A stretch of DNA of 64,000 nucleotides. Source: Raillietiella orientalis (lineage: Eukaryota). Position numbers and translations under genes: made by a program. Where the stretch lies: NCBI GenBank assembly GCA_036172245.1, contig JAYWIR010000027.1:62001-126000 (forward strand), read 5' to 3'. The notes beneath the pieces are model-generated. The model was not told the DNA's origin. It saw only the letters and a list, made by a program, of their open reading frames with translations, and did no database searches. This document shows positions 25,030-38,439 of this stretch, one piece after another. The first letter of the stretch is position 1. Each line of letters starts with the position of its first letter.

Positions 25030-26950
25030 AAAATGGCCAACACCGTATTCTTTCCTTAATGATTTCATAGCACTTTTGTGGAACTTTTAATGGTTTTCTA
25101 CAAACGAGCAGACGTCTTTTGTTTCAGGAATCCTTATATAAAAAGCGCAGCAATTTAATTTTGATAGGATCCATTTGTAAACAAACTGAAACTTTCGGTT
25201 GAATGATAGAGAAAAAATTTAATTTAAAAAATAATCGTCGCTTGCACTAAGTGTTTACTTTCGAGTAGAAACCGACATCCCAAATTATGCTCAACTTTGT
25301 CAGCAATCGCATTAAGGACAAGAAAACTTGCGACAAGGGATTGTTTACATACAGGTAGTTTAATCAACTGATTGAACTGGAAAAAAAAAAAACTTATGTG
25401 TACTCACTCTTTCGCAATGCGAAAAGCAATCCCAACTGTGATTAAAACGAATTGTATTATCATGCTTTAATTGGATGCTGAGAGTACAAAGTCTAAGCTC
25501 CAAATCAGCATCTTTAGGTGAATACAACGGTGCAGTGTGTTGGTACCCCGTACTTTTAGGCACGATCTCAGGTTATGTGGAAGACACCGGCGACGGTGCT
25601 TTTTTTTTTTTTAGCCTACCTGGTGACCAGAATCGCGGAGAAGGCAAGTGCTTCTAAATCGATCTGCGATCTATTAACGAATTGGGAGATGGGAATTAAT
25701 TTGCAAGACAAGAAATCAGCCCACACTAAAGTTACATAAATCCCGAGTTTTCCTATGCATTCGCGGTTCCTACAAAACACAGTTGGCTCTCGAAATGGTC
25801 GAACGGCCTTGCGAAAGTGGTTTTTTGCACAGGCAATGAAGGATTTGATTGTGGAAGGATAATGCAAGCATCCACAAGTCCTGAGAAAAGCGTGGGTACC
25901 GGAACCACGTGGGGAAAACAATGTTCCTTGCTGGAAACTCGTGGCAATGCAATCAGCAAAACAGGATGCAACAGATTTCGTTTGTTTCGTGAGTTGCATA
26001 CGTTCGGAATACCAGACAGTAGAGATTTGGTTAATCAGGCTTATTTTTATCCGAGAATATGTCTCGTGTCCCAAACAAACCCAGATATCACCATGCTGGG
26101 GTTGGCACACCTTGTTACTCAAATCTTGCAGCTCTGTACTCGCCCGAAAGTTCGTTTACAGATATTTTTTGTTCTCCATTACAAACTGGGGAATCTTAGT
26201 ACTAAATGGCTCCAAAACTATAAGATAGAAGGTAAGGGAACTAATTGTGTTATCAACATGAAGTCTTGTATGAACAAGTTATGAAAGATTCATGTATAGA
26301 ACTACAGCACTGCGTTTCACCAGTAAGAATCTAAAATGTTTTATTTATGCAGCCCGGAACGAGTAGTAGGTCAAAAATTCCTGCCTCAAATGTCCTGATT
26401 ATTGATTTAGAACAAATGAACTCTTTGCGAACTTCATTGCCTACGTTTTCAAAATGACAATGAGTAAAGTGATTGGATGCATTGATAAAAGATGCGAATT
26501 TCATGGTATTCATTATATACTGATTTAAATTCATTGGAGACAAACAGATAAAATGAGTTCCTGGCTATAATAAGCAAATGGTAACATACTTTAATCCATC
26601 TAATTTAAATGAGCAAATTCTCAAGTTCAACAAGCTTCTTCACAGACAGAAGAGCAGATTTTCTGGAATTCTTGCATTCTGTGGAAGAAGTCTTTTTCAT
26701 TCTGTGAATTGGGTAGCATTTTCGATTGTTTACCTGGTACTGAAGAGTTTACCCATCCATGATCAACAAGTCTGTTACTAAGAAAAAGTGTTTATCTGTG
26801 AAAAATTGAATCTTTGTGAATGAGGAATGAAGGAAAATACACAGCATGGACCATACACTGATAGTATAGCCCCAATGGCTACATTCCACAATTCAGATAC
26901 TCAGAAAGACTTTGATGCTAGTATCAGATTGGAGCAGCAAGTAATGAAAA
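25030..26950 (+). mobile_element. Decayed hAT DNA transposase (Buster/Charlie, ZBED5/GTF2IRD2-like)
   Basis: Degenerate motifs in the expected order across stops and frameshifts: VSNRIKDKK (VSxRIAKxKKP); SLGEYNG..VLLG..GY....FFF.SL...RGE (LDESTD..LL..RY..FLF..TGE); FCTGNEGFDCGR (CTDGA..M.G); RLFREL; IF...KLGNL...EGK...KL; FNP; FICEK..S.M...GKY; DFDA. Confidence 0.55.
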
Positions 26951-29599
26951 AGTTTGAAACAAAATTGGCATTCCTTCAGTTGTGCAGAAGGCTTCATAAC
27001 GTCTCAAAATAAATTATATCTTCTAGTTTTGGAAGATAATTGGATTTGAAGTAATAAAAATAGCTATTGTGCGACGGCATTATGGTTTATATAGAGGGTT
27101 CTATATTTAGGCAATGTGGCAGCATGCTATGCTTCATTCAGCTTTGAGGATTGACGAGGATTCAAAGGATACTGTAGTTCTCCACCTAGCACTATTTGAA
27201 AACTCCCCACAAAATATAAAGATTGGAAAATTTCGGACGCATAAGAAAAGATGATGCAAAAAATTTTGCTAAAATTTTAATGGAGAATAAAAGGGTAATC
27301 AGGATTTGCATGTTACATTATGATTATGTATGGACTTTGCTGTAATTGATTTATGTAATTTAAATGTATAAACATAGTGTAAAAGAAATTACTTGGGAGA
27401 TGATAAACACTAAGAGACTCATGAAATTTCAGATAAGGTTCATGTACTCTATGTGAAGATTAATGTCTTTGAATACATAAATTAATTAACTTTGTAATAC
27501 TGTCTTTGATGAGTTTAATTTTTTTATTTGTTGTCATGCACAAACAGCATTACATTATCATTTGATGTCATTTATAATTGTTTTCCTTTTATATCATTAA
27601 TCCTTTATATTGTGTTTGTTGAAAAAAATATTAGGTTCATGGTGTTATTGGATTGGAACTCCAATGTCCATTTAGCATTAAATGTCCATGTAATTTCAGA
27701 AGACTTGTATCAATAGGAAGCCAGAATAACCTTGACAATCATACTAAATGGTCTACTTTCCATGAATTGATTTTAATTTTTTGTATTAGAAGAATTTTCT
27801 TGTTTTTCAAACCTGATGTTTTGAGTGCATCTGGTAATATTTGCAAGTTAAGTTCCTTGGGACTTCTCGAGTCCTATATTCTTCACTTTGAAATCTTTGA
27901 TTTTAATCCAATTTTTCATGTTTTAAATTTCAAATTTTGTGCTCTCAACTGTATCTACTGTATGCAAAAACAAGTAGTGCCGCCATCCTTGAGCTCTTTA
28001 ATCTTATTGCAAGCAGGGTCACAAGTAGTAATGCAGATTCTATTATGTCTATAGTGGTTTGGGTTTTGTAGTGGTTCATAGAGTGGGCAAAGGTAGATTA
28101 TTCTCTTGATCTCATTGGATGTTTTTTAACTTCGATTTCAAGTACATCTCAGAATATGGTAAGAATTGTGCTAGACTCAGCTTTCCCTGATAGATATCTC
28201 ATTCTTTGGTACTTGAAAATATTCTGGAAGAATCAGTGATTTCTCACTGTAAATGGTGCACCTGCAGATTTATGTCTTATTATTTTCTCATCAGTAGGTG
28301 CATTTCATATTTGAGCATTCCAATTCATTTAGGAAGCATCCTGCTATTTTCAGTCACCTGCAGCTACACAGTGTGTGCTACAGTGGTTCTTGCATTTGTT
28401 TTCTCTATTTAATCGCCCCCCCCCCACACACACACATGCTTTTGAATTTTCCCGAAACATACCACAGCTTTTATACAATGTGTGTGACTCAAAGATATTA
28501 TTTACTGATCGTATTTTTTAATTTTCATTAATTTCTTTGAGCCTATAAAATAGTATACTGAACTTCAGGTCTTAATAGTGCATTATGCCCTATTTCATGT
28601 TTTGTGATGTCAGTTTTTTTATCAAGTCAAAAAATATGATGAATCCAAGTAATCAGGGCGCAAGTACAAAATGGGAATTTTATTGAGCATGGTGGTTTGC
28701 GAAATTCGTAACAGAGTTAACAAATTGCTTAGGAAATTGCCTTGCAAAGATCCATTTCCATGATAGTGAGGATATGTGAACATTTCCATTCATACATGGA
28801 ACAGCCTGTAATCCCATTTTCTGGATATTTTCATCTTCTGTTGATTATTGTTCCGCATATTTTTTTCCCTCGGATCAGTGGCCAGATGGAAAATTGAGTG
28901 CTTCCCATCAGACGTGAACTTAATGTTCTCACATCTGAAACTATCATCGCATAGTCCAAAAACAAATGTGGAAATAGTACAGGTAACTTATATGTGCTCC
29001 CGTTGGTTACTTGAGGAATTTGTGAGCAGTTATTTGGGTTTTCATTTACAATGTTCATTAAATAGTAGAATCACATACCATTCATCCACAGTAATTTTCA
29101 AAGTCGAAGCAATGAATATTGAAATGGTAATTTGTTTCAGTATTTGTCAAATACAATTCGTCAAAATCAGATAATTGCATCAATGAAAGAGTACAGGGTA
29201 AAATAACGTTGTGCATGTTGTAATGTAAATGTTATAAAAAAAAAAAGAGCGTAACACATTCATACTAACTCCAAAGTTAATGTTCTATCGCAAAAACAAC
29301 AAAAATTTAGTGATCGTAACATCGGAATAAGGGTTCCGTTGGTTTTTCGTGTGTGAAAAAGCATTTGCTCTTTTATTTTCTCAGTCCTTTTAGGAATCCC
29401 GTGTTTATCTGCATCAGGAACTTACATATGGCACTGTTTATTATATCCCAAGTGTGTGTCTCCTGTTCTGAGTCCAGGTTTATCCTTCATCTCGGGCATG
29501 ATGTTGTTGCCGACGCTTGTGGAGCTGTAATTTATTGCATCAAGGAAAGCGTGATGCGAACTTTTGCGGGGAAACAAAAAAGCAACATGATTTTGTTAC

Positions 29600-31250
29600 C
29601 CCGCCTTTTGATCCCCGAATTCCGGTTATGAAGACCACTGGGGCTGCACATGTATTGCCAACTCAAGAGAGGCACTTGGCTTTGGATGGCAGTCATCCTG
29701 TTCGTGCCGGTATGCAGTTTTCCGTCTACACGGTGCGTGCAACGTACCGAGCAGGGCAGATCCAAAGAAACAAAGCTGTTTTGTCTGCTCACGGCTACAT
29801 TCATTTGTTTTCCCATTTTTTTGCGTCCATTTGTTTTGTAAACCTTTTACATCTTGAAAAACGTGGATATAGGGGAGGGAAAGTTGCGAAGAAGTTGTGG
29901 TTGTTTCCCCTCGCTTCTTGCACATGGTCGAGATGTGCGCTGCCCCATTGCAGTCATGTGTCAGGGTCGTTTTCTTAAAATGTTTCACTGTCCATTATTT
30001 CTGAAAATATTGGACAGTGAGACTGAGGCCATCGTATGCCGTAAGAATCTGCTTAATTGAAGGCAACTGCGAAGTTTGCTGCACCTGCAACCGAATGTGT
30101 TGGGACATCGAGTCAGTCTCCCAGCTTTCAAGCAAATTCTGCTAACCAGTCAGGTAAACGTGTGTAAAGCAAACATATGGGAGTGAAAATTTAAAACGTT
30201 TCCCAGAATGGAGATCTTCAATTTCCAAAGATGATGTTTCCTTGGAATGAGTTTGTGAGTTTTTTGCACGTATGAGGCTGCAGCAATTCCTCCTGTCACG
30301 TTGGAGACATTCCACTGTTTATGCTGCATCCAAATTTTCGGTTGTGCTGTCCTCATTCCTCTAGTCGTGCTGCAGAAATGCAACTGTTCACGCTGCTTTA
30401 ATTCCTTGGTTGCCTCCTACAGCATCCATTCAGTTATTTATTTATATTTTGTCACGCTTCCCTGTGTGGTCGACAACCTCTGTTAGAAAACCGGGCTTTC
30501 TGTCAAGCCCAGCAAATGCACCTCCGTTGCACTTCGGTGCCATGACGCCAAAGGACTCCGGGAAAACGAGGTTCGGGATCGGTGAAACGGACATCCGGAC
30601 GCTCGAATACAATCACACCCACAAATACCTGGGAAAACTATATGGCCTGGGCTGATTCTCTCGAGCCCCAAACAAACAGTAAATTTTGGCCAGAGCAGTG
30701 AACACAATGGGTTGCGGACTTTTACCGTGCTTTTGCATGACAAACAGTCATGTTTGAAAAAATTGTTTATCATGTAAAGCTTCACCAGCGTGGTCCATTA
30801 GCAGCAGCTAGGAACGTCGAGAAAGGTAGACTGGAGATATTTAAGCAACAACAGCATTAAGCAGCTGATTAAGAAGTGTCTAAAGATAACGAGCAGAGCA
30901 GCACACCGACTGACAGAGGGAAACTCTCGACCTCCCCGGTTTACTGGACCAGACGGACAGCTTCTCTTTAGACTTTTGATTCAACTTACTGGTGGGCATC
31001 CACTGTACTCCAAAAAAAAAACTGTACTCGTGGTTGCTTGGGTACCACGCACGGGATGGTGTTCCAGGACCAGTGAACACCAACCCGAGCTGACCCACTT
31101 GAAGGCAACCCAGCGGATCTGGAAGAATCCAGGAAGAAGTAGGAAAGCAGATACAGGACTTTGGTTCTGCATTTCGCCTCCAGAGTGCCCGCCTCAGTGT
31201 GTAATCCCGCGGTGCACGGAACTGTGCCAACATGATTTTGGGTGCTGAAA
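29600..31250 (+). mobile_element. Decayed non-LTR RT remnant
   Basis: EKRGYRGG; DNLC*KTGLSVKPSKC (GL..NP.KC); TLEYNHTHKYLG; VAWVPRTG. Confidence 0.5.
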
Positions 31251-31299
31251 GAACCCAAAATCAGAGGGTGGCGAGCAGAACACCTCGAGAGGGGGCGAG

Positions 31300-31783
31300 T
31301 CACTCCTCGTTTTTTCTCCGGAGGGAACCCTCAAGGGAACTGCTCCTTGTTTCTTCCTCTGAACAGAACCCCGCAGAGACGCTTCCCATTTTCTCTGAAG
31401 GGCGCTCCTGAAGGGAGCAGCGCGCTTCTTGCACTCTGAAGAAGCAACCCCCCGAGGGGAGTACCAGCCGGCTCCATGATATGCGATGGAGGCTCCATTT
31501 CCACAACCGGAGGAGAACTGCGAAGGTAAGCAGCTCTTTGATTCTTGGAAGGAACCCGGAGAGTTAGTTTCAAATCCCGGCTTTCAAAACGAGGGCATCC
31601 GGTCTCCGGCTTCCTCCTGTGCCGCACCCGAACATAGGCAAACCAGCGTTATCTTGGGGAGAGGGGGAGACTCGAACCCGCGACGCACCCATTTCTCTGG
31701 CGTCGATCCTTCCCACAGCGGGATTCGAATCCACAACGCTTGGTACCACGCGCGGAGGCCGCAGCCGCGCGGTCCCCGACGCG
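31300..31783 (-). mobile_element. tRNA-derived SINE copy
   Basis: Reverse complement has ggattcgaatccc and gcgtcgcgggttcgagtc; shares cttcagagaaaatgggaagcgtc with the copy at 50282-50866. Confidence 0.75.
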
Positions 31784-32399
31784 CCAGTCCACTTTACAGT
31801 AGCCTCTGATTCTGATTTTTTTTTTTCCTGTGCGCAACCCCAAATCCACTCCTCTATCGGGGAAAAAAAAAAGCAAAAAACCCTATGTTTCAAGTGGCCA
31901 TTTAGTCGGCAAGAACTGACCAGCGTATCCTACGACTACTGACCCCCCCCCCTCCCATCCATCCTAGCAACCGCCGCTCCGTCAAGTTGGCGCACGCTAG
32001 GATTTCTCGAGAACAGTCTCAGCGCAATCGAATCCGAAATTCCAAGCGTTTGCGATATCCTTTTTTTCATTTGCTTCCTCGCACCTGGCTCTAGAAATAC
32101 CGTGCAAAGTTTGAAAGGACTCGATTCCCATGAACAGGCCCATTTTGGTGACCGAGAAAGAAGCCCTGTTGTCATTGCGGTCTGCATTTTTTTTTTTTTT
32201 TTTTTTTTCTCATTCCTGTCTATCTGGGATCTACGCCACGCCGTGATTACAAGAAAAACAGGCAATTTGTGTTATTGTAGCACGTCGTGCATTTTTTAAG
32301 ATGGACATTGCCGCTATTCATAGATTCGCGAAATGTAGTCGTTACATCTGCGATTGTAATCGTCGTGCTTCTCTAAAATTCCCTTCATGTCTATCAGCT

Positions 32400-33550
32400 A
32401 ATGTATTTTCAAGGAGGCCGCTCCAGCATGAAACTCTGAGACTTAGAAATTCCTCACCAATCTCTGTATTCATATCTTTATCTGGTTTCTTAATTGGTGC
32501 TTCCGACCTCGCCAGAAGCCTTCATTCGCAAACGAAGCAGGCCGGCATTTTCCCAACACCCCTCCAGTTGCTCAGTTACCGAGAACGTACCGCCTATTGT
32601 ACAACTGAAATGCTATTTATTAATGCTCTCTGACGATGTATTTTATTTCTAATTATCGCTTTATCGATGGATGTTTTCCTTCTGTCGAGCGTTCTCGTGT
32701 TTTCCAGTCAAGAATTCCGAACTACCGTCCTCCTTCAGTTTCATCTTCATCGTTTATTTACCTTGGTGACTGTTTTGCTTACTGTTTCCACAAGTTTGGA
32801 AACAACGGTCTTCGTCTCAACATGTACAAGGATTCGCTGATGCTTCCCCGATTTCTCTCCAAATCAAAGTCAGCATTCCGGTCGCGATCCTGTTCCAAAA
32901 TGCAGGGAAGGAATCCCATGAAAGAGAAGGGTTAAATCTTAAAACAGGGATAAGAACATTTTCTTTTCTTTCTTCGTTTTGCTTTTCCATTATTCTCTTC
33001 TTTGCAGCCTAGTGCTTCTTGTCTTCGATAAGAATGAATGCAATGATCCTTGGACAGATTCTAAATTTATATGCCAAGGTGTCCCAGAAAACCGAAAATC
33101 CCAAGCGCATAACGAAATTGAAGTCTTTTCAAAGGATCCCTCTTGCAACTTTCCAGGCGAGTGTGCATGAGAGTGCGATGACAAGAACATTGGATAGGGA
33201 AATAATTGTGCTGAGTCATTCGACACTAGCAGGTTGGAATCTGGAACTTCTTCTTCGAACTGGACTGAGCTCTGAAAGATTCAGTGAACAGAAAACACGG
33301 TTACGAGTTACTTGCGAATTTTGAAAGATCCCACCAGTATACGAAATCTCGCGAAACGAGGCGTCCACACTTAGGCAAGTTCCTCAAGCATGTGCATGCA
33401 TAGTTGAAGATCATGCAGCCAAGCTTTCAAGAGCGTTTTCGATTGACGGCTTCCATCTTATTACTGGCATCCCCGTGTTGATTGGATACTTCTTGGAGTG
33501 CCGATTTCCGTGCGAGAACACAGTACTCCATCAAACTGTTGCCATCGCCA
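32400..33550 (+). mobile_element. Decayed CR1-like RT remnant
   Basis: RNSSPISVF (NYRPISL), FIDGCFPSV (D..AFDSV), ICQGVPE (GVPQG), CDDKNI (ADD.K.). Confidence 0.5.
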
Positions 33551-35399
33551 TGGAGAAAATCCACGAATCATGAATCTATGTGCGTTTCACAAAGCGTTCC
33601 GTACAAAACCGAGCATCTGCACTCATTCATGGTTTGAAAATCGTAACTTCATCTTATGCTCTCGTATGCTTTGTCTTTCCGTTTCCAAGGCCCCTAAAAG
33701 TCGAGAGGAGTAACGCTAATAAACGCATGAAACGTTTACCCAAAGCCTGGATGACACCAAGCACGGTGCCAACCTAAAAAGCAAAGAAAAAAGTGCAGCT
33801 GCAGAAGAGTATGCTGCCGCTCGTCGTTTTTTGCTTAAAAAACATGCAGGTATGTCTACTGTCTTCTGGCAGTCATTCACGGTGAGAAGAACCCTTACAT
33901 CCTTTTGGAAGTCCCAAATGAGAACTAGTGTGTGACCTGCGTTAAAAAAAAAAAAAAGAAAAAAAGAAAAAATGAAGCTAAAGGTATTCTATTGAACAGG
34001 ATGCCGTGCAAGTGACAATCATGTCGCATGCCCTCAAGAAACGCACAACTCCAAAAGAATGGTTCTATTGATTACGCCTTTTGGATGTTCAAAAACCAAG
34101 CATTTCTCAAACTCAGAATTTCCTTTAGCAGATTCTTGGTTTCACCCTTAGAGTCACACTGTAACCAGCACAAGACATTGCACTGGTAAAAGATTTCCTA
34201 TTCTTTCTGCACCCGATTCGCTCTTGACGACTGTGAAGAATTTTGTTGTTCTGCACAACGCCGACAGAGTGCAACGCGCCCACAAGTCAAGTCAGTGCAC
34301 CTACCACAGGAACTTTAAAACACTGCCCTTCGTCTGCGAGCACGGAAAGTCTCGCAAACCTATACAAAAGATACCTTCTATGAAAGAGTAAGGGATTTGG
34401 CTGAAAGTTGCGGAAGCGAGTTCAATTCCCAAGAGACAGGAGCCACAAAAAAAAAAAAAAAAAAAACAGCTTCCAAGGTATCTCAACATTCAGACATTTC
34501 GGCCTGTGAAAAATGCACCACGACTTGCAGAGATGAATTTTTACCGAACGGACGCAACTCTTGTGGAAAATGCCAGACGATGCTTCCATTCTTCCGAGGA
34601 ATCGAAACGAAAACCTGGAAACATCTGGGTTGCGAGCGCTCAGTCCTCGGAAGGATGCTGACGTGAACGGTGCTGGAGAAAGTGAAATCAGCAATTCTGC
34701 GGGAACCGGTGGCGTGAGTGCTCCAATCTGTTCGCACTCCTCCTTCCTCTAAGAACCATCTAGGCGTCTTGTAATACCTAGCACATTATCTTGCATAATG
34801 ATAAGTAGCTGGGTGGCCACATCTGAGCGCACTGCATGCAAAATGTTGCAAAACAAGCAGAGGAGCGGAGGTCCACAAAATCATCCGCACAATCCAGTGA
34901 AAGTGAAGGATTCACTGTCAACGAATGCAGATCTTTCCTTCACAAAAACTTCTCTGAAAATTCAGGCCCGAATAAAATACACTTGTTTGTTTGTGTGTAT
35001 CCGTCCTTTTGGGCGGTCTCCACGTGAACGGCGGCGTGCTGGTGAGGAGCGACACTCAACAGGGTGAGAGCTCTATGCTCGTCAGCACTTGCTTTGGGGT
35101 GGTGCTGAAGTCGTGTGGGCGTAACCTGGCATCCCTGCCTGGTCGCGCCAGGAAGATGGCATCTTTGCCGCCGCCTTCCTGTCTATGGGTCAGCCCCTGC
35201 GGCTAGGCTGGAGCGCATGTGCTCGCGAGCGTTTGGACCACTCGAGAACTACCCCCCTCCCCCCACTCGGAAATCGTGTAGTCTAGAAATCGTCTAGAAA
35301 ACTGTGTCACTTTAGCTCACACGTTAAATTGTTAACTTCCTAATGTTGCAACACATGAATTTCATAAAAGCTGACTCAGCTCTTACTGGTCGCTTCTGG

Positions 35400-35800
35400 T
35401 GTTCGACGGAATCTTGAGAGAATGAAATGTGGGTTGACCACAGGAAGCACAGGCACACCTCTCCAAAGTTATCACATTATTAACGTGATCCAGAGATATC
35501 CTGGATGCCCTCGTCACCGTGAATGATGCCTTCCCAAACGCAGATGTTGCGCTTCGTTTTCCAAAAAAGAAAACGCTGCGTTGAGAGATTCCGCAAAACA
35601 CGAAACACGCACGAGGTAACGATTTTGTATCAAATACAGGCAGATCGTTTAGAACATCAGTACACGACGATTGAAAGCGTTTAAGGGCAACTTTGCACTG
35701 CCGCAGATTCGCAAAATTCGCTGTAGAAAACCGTAAAGGCACAGCTAATTGGCTTACTGATAAGCGATTCGGGAGCAGCCCGTTGAAGTGCATCGCTCGG
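35400..35800 (-). mobile_element. Possible RT fragment
   Basis: NGLLPN..RFST, DVLNDLPVFDT and CGIS in RT domain 2-3 order. Confidence 0.35.
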
Positions 35801-38439
35801 AGCAGCGGTTTCCGAAATTAACTAACCATCCATCCAAGTAACCGCAGCCTGCAACTGAATCCTACTGAAAATCCCTTGATTATGCACTTCCGTGTAAGTT
35901 TCCAGCCCCTTCAGGTCTTCCCAATGATGTTAGTTCCCTGTACTGCTTTGGGCATGCACGGCCAGCAACGGGCTCTCCCAAGAAAGGCAAGGAACAGTCC
36001 GAGGAGCTTCGTTGAGCCCCGTCAGCATGAGTTTTGTATTTGCTCAAGAAATCCCAGTACCTCTGAATCCAGTCACGAACTCTCCAAGAGTATGTGCCAC
36101 TATGCGTGGGTGTTAGCAGCAGCATCCTCGCGAAACGCTTCTTGGACTCTGGCTATCCCCAAGACAAGGGCTTCAAAAGAGAGAGGAGTCTGGAGCAAGC
36201 GACAGTCGAAACCATCTGAATCCCAGTTCAACAGAAGCCCCATTGGGTGACAGAAGAAAGCAGACGACAAAACAACCGGGAAGTACATGGTTTCAGGCCG
36301 AAATTATTGTAAATCCAGTCTAAGAATCGTTTAAGGTCGCTTTCGTCGAAGGAAAGAAGAATTCAAGGAAGCGATTTATGAAAGATCAGATACCAAATAA
36401 GATAAGGATGAAAAAAAAAATGTTACCGCTGTAATCCAGATAGGGAGGATAGGGGCCATTCGATAAGAATCCAGCCAATCTGCAAAAAAAAAAAAAAAAA
36501 ATACAAAAATGCACCTATTCGGGACCAATTCGGGTTCATGAGGACCATACTGAGTTTGGAGTTCCATCGAAGAGAAATAATGCTAGCCAACAGGAAAAGG
36601 ACAATGCAATGCGCGAAGAGTACTTATCCTAACCAAAGCCACTTTTAGACAGCGACCAACTAAGAGAAATAGAAAGTGCACACGCCGAAGCGAACTTTTT
36701 GCTTCAGAGATGCAAAATGCTCAAGCAACCGGAGCGAATCACTCTCAGGTTAGTACACATCGCCACCAGCTGCTTGCATGGAATCCCACCACAGATCCAG
36801 AGGAAAAAGTGCGGGGGTAAAATTATCGAAAGGATCATTTTTCAAAAACACTTTTTGCACGTTTACAGTCGAAGAAGAAAAAAACTGTAATCAGGATCGA
36901 GACGCAAAAAAGATGGCGGGTCGCACCAAGTCTGGAATCGCTTGCTTTCATGTTTCTGTTTTCATCACTTTGTTTTCGTTTTTCTTCCTACTTCCAGTTC
37001 CCTCCTCCGATTCCATCAAGGATCCTCCCACACGTGATGGTCTCATTTCGGAAGAGTTTTCGGAAACGTAGCAAAGTTGCTTGTCCTCTCTTCTCCTTCC
37101 GCTCCTATTTTCATTTTTTGCATGTAATTTTTTTTTTTTTTCTCATTTTTACTCATGACTCCAGATGCAACCACTGACTAATAACCAGCTTGGAAATTAC
37201 TTCGCGGTAGCATTTATTAATAACATGTGTCGTTAATTCTATCACTGCAGCCTATGATGGATAACCGAATAGATGCAGAATCCATTTTGCTTCAAACCTT
37301 CGTATTTTTACACAATCGTAAATTTATTAGAAGGAGGAAACAACTGTCGCTTGTAGTTGTTTAGTGACAACCTCACTACCACCAGTCGCATCCCTCCGTG
37401 TTTGCATGACAATGATGTTCAGGGCTGCTGGCTTCGAAAGATTGCCTGTGACTGGCAAGATAATCAAAGTGGCATTCAGGGGCTTCCAAAAGTGCCAGAA
37501 GGAATGACGATCTTTGATGCAAGACTCACGCCATGAAACAGACGGCAATGCTTTGAGCGGCATCATCCTTCGTACCAACGGAAACCGCAGCCTCATTCCA
37601 GACGTAGCACAAAACGTGGTGCCACTGTGAATGAATTTCCTCCCCGACAGAGACCTCGCCGCCGCAAGCGAACGGAAGGCTGGCAGTCCTTGGCGAGCAC
37701 CGCCGCTTGGTCCTACGGCCAATTGACCGTACAGCAATTTGAGGAATGCGGCGGTCGAGAGATGACGGCACCGCAACTCACCCGCCTCCGCACCTCGCAC
37801 CTCATCCCCTTCCGCTGCGCTCCGTTGCTCTCGTCCTCTCCCGACAGCGCCAGTTCGCAACGCTATTCCTTGGGTGGGTTGAGCGTGCGTCAGCGATGCT
37901 CCCGCAGGAATTCCACTAATACTGAACAGACATCATCGTCGACCGTGTTATCCGAGGCAGCTGGCTCCTTCGATTTTCAGATTCGATCTTCCCTTCGTCC
38001 TTCCATTCCAGGAATGTATTTTTGGACTCTCGGAAGCACGAAAGGCAATGACGAATTACCAAAAAAAAAAAAAATAGATTTCGGGAAAATTCCCGAATGA
38101 CAGCCCTTCAAATTTTCTTCGATCGCCCTCAAATGAAACAAAGGTCCCCGGGTTTCGGTTCTTTCCTACCATCATTGAAGCTCGGAAGAGACCTTTCGTG
38201 TTTCCAGAGGAATTCCTTCCTTCTTTAACTTTGCTCCTTTGACTGCTCTTGCTTCCTTTAATGGGAGCAACTCGGGCATCGCAAGCATCCATCTCTTTCG
38301 CTTCTCCCCTTCTCTTTGCCCACCTCATCTTACTCTTCGTCCTTCGTTTTCTTCTTCCTTTGATGAAAGGAAGCAGCATCGCAAGGCATGGCCAGGAAAA
38401 GAAATCCACTGAAGCATCGATCAAGCAAACGCTGATGCA

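Noticed and set aside
25616..26122. Minus-strand 168-aa ORF with faint RT-like words (DLS, QQGTLFSP, KLGI)
   Set aside because: The plus strand gives a longer, correctly ordered series of hAT motifs, so this is probably the antisense shadow.
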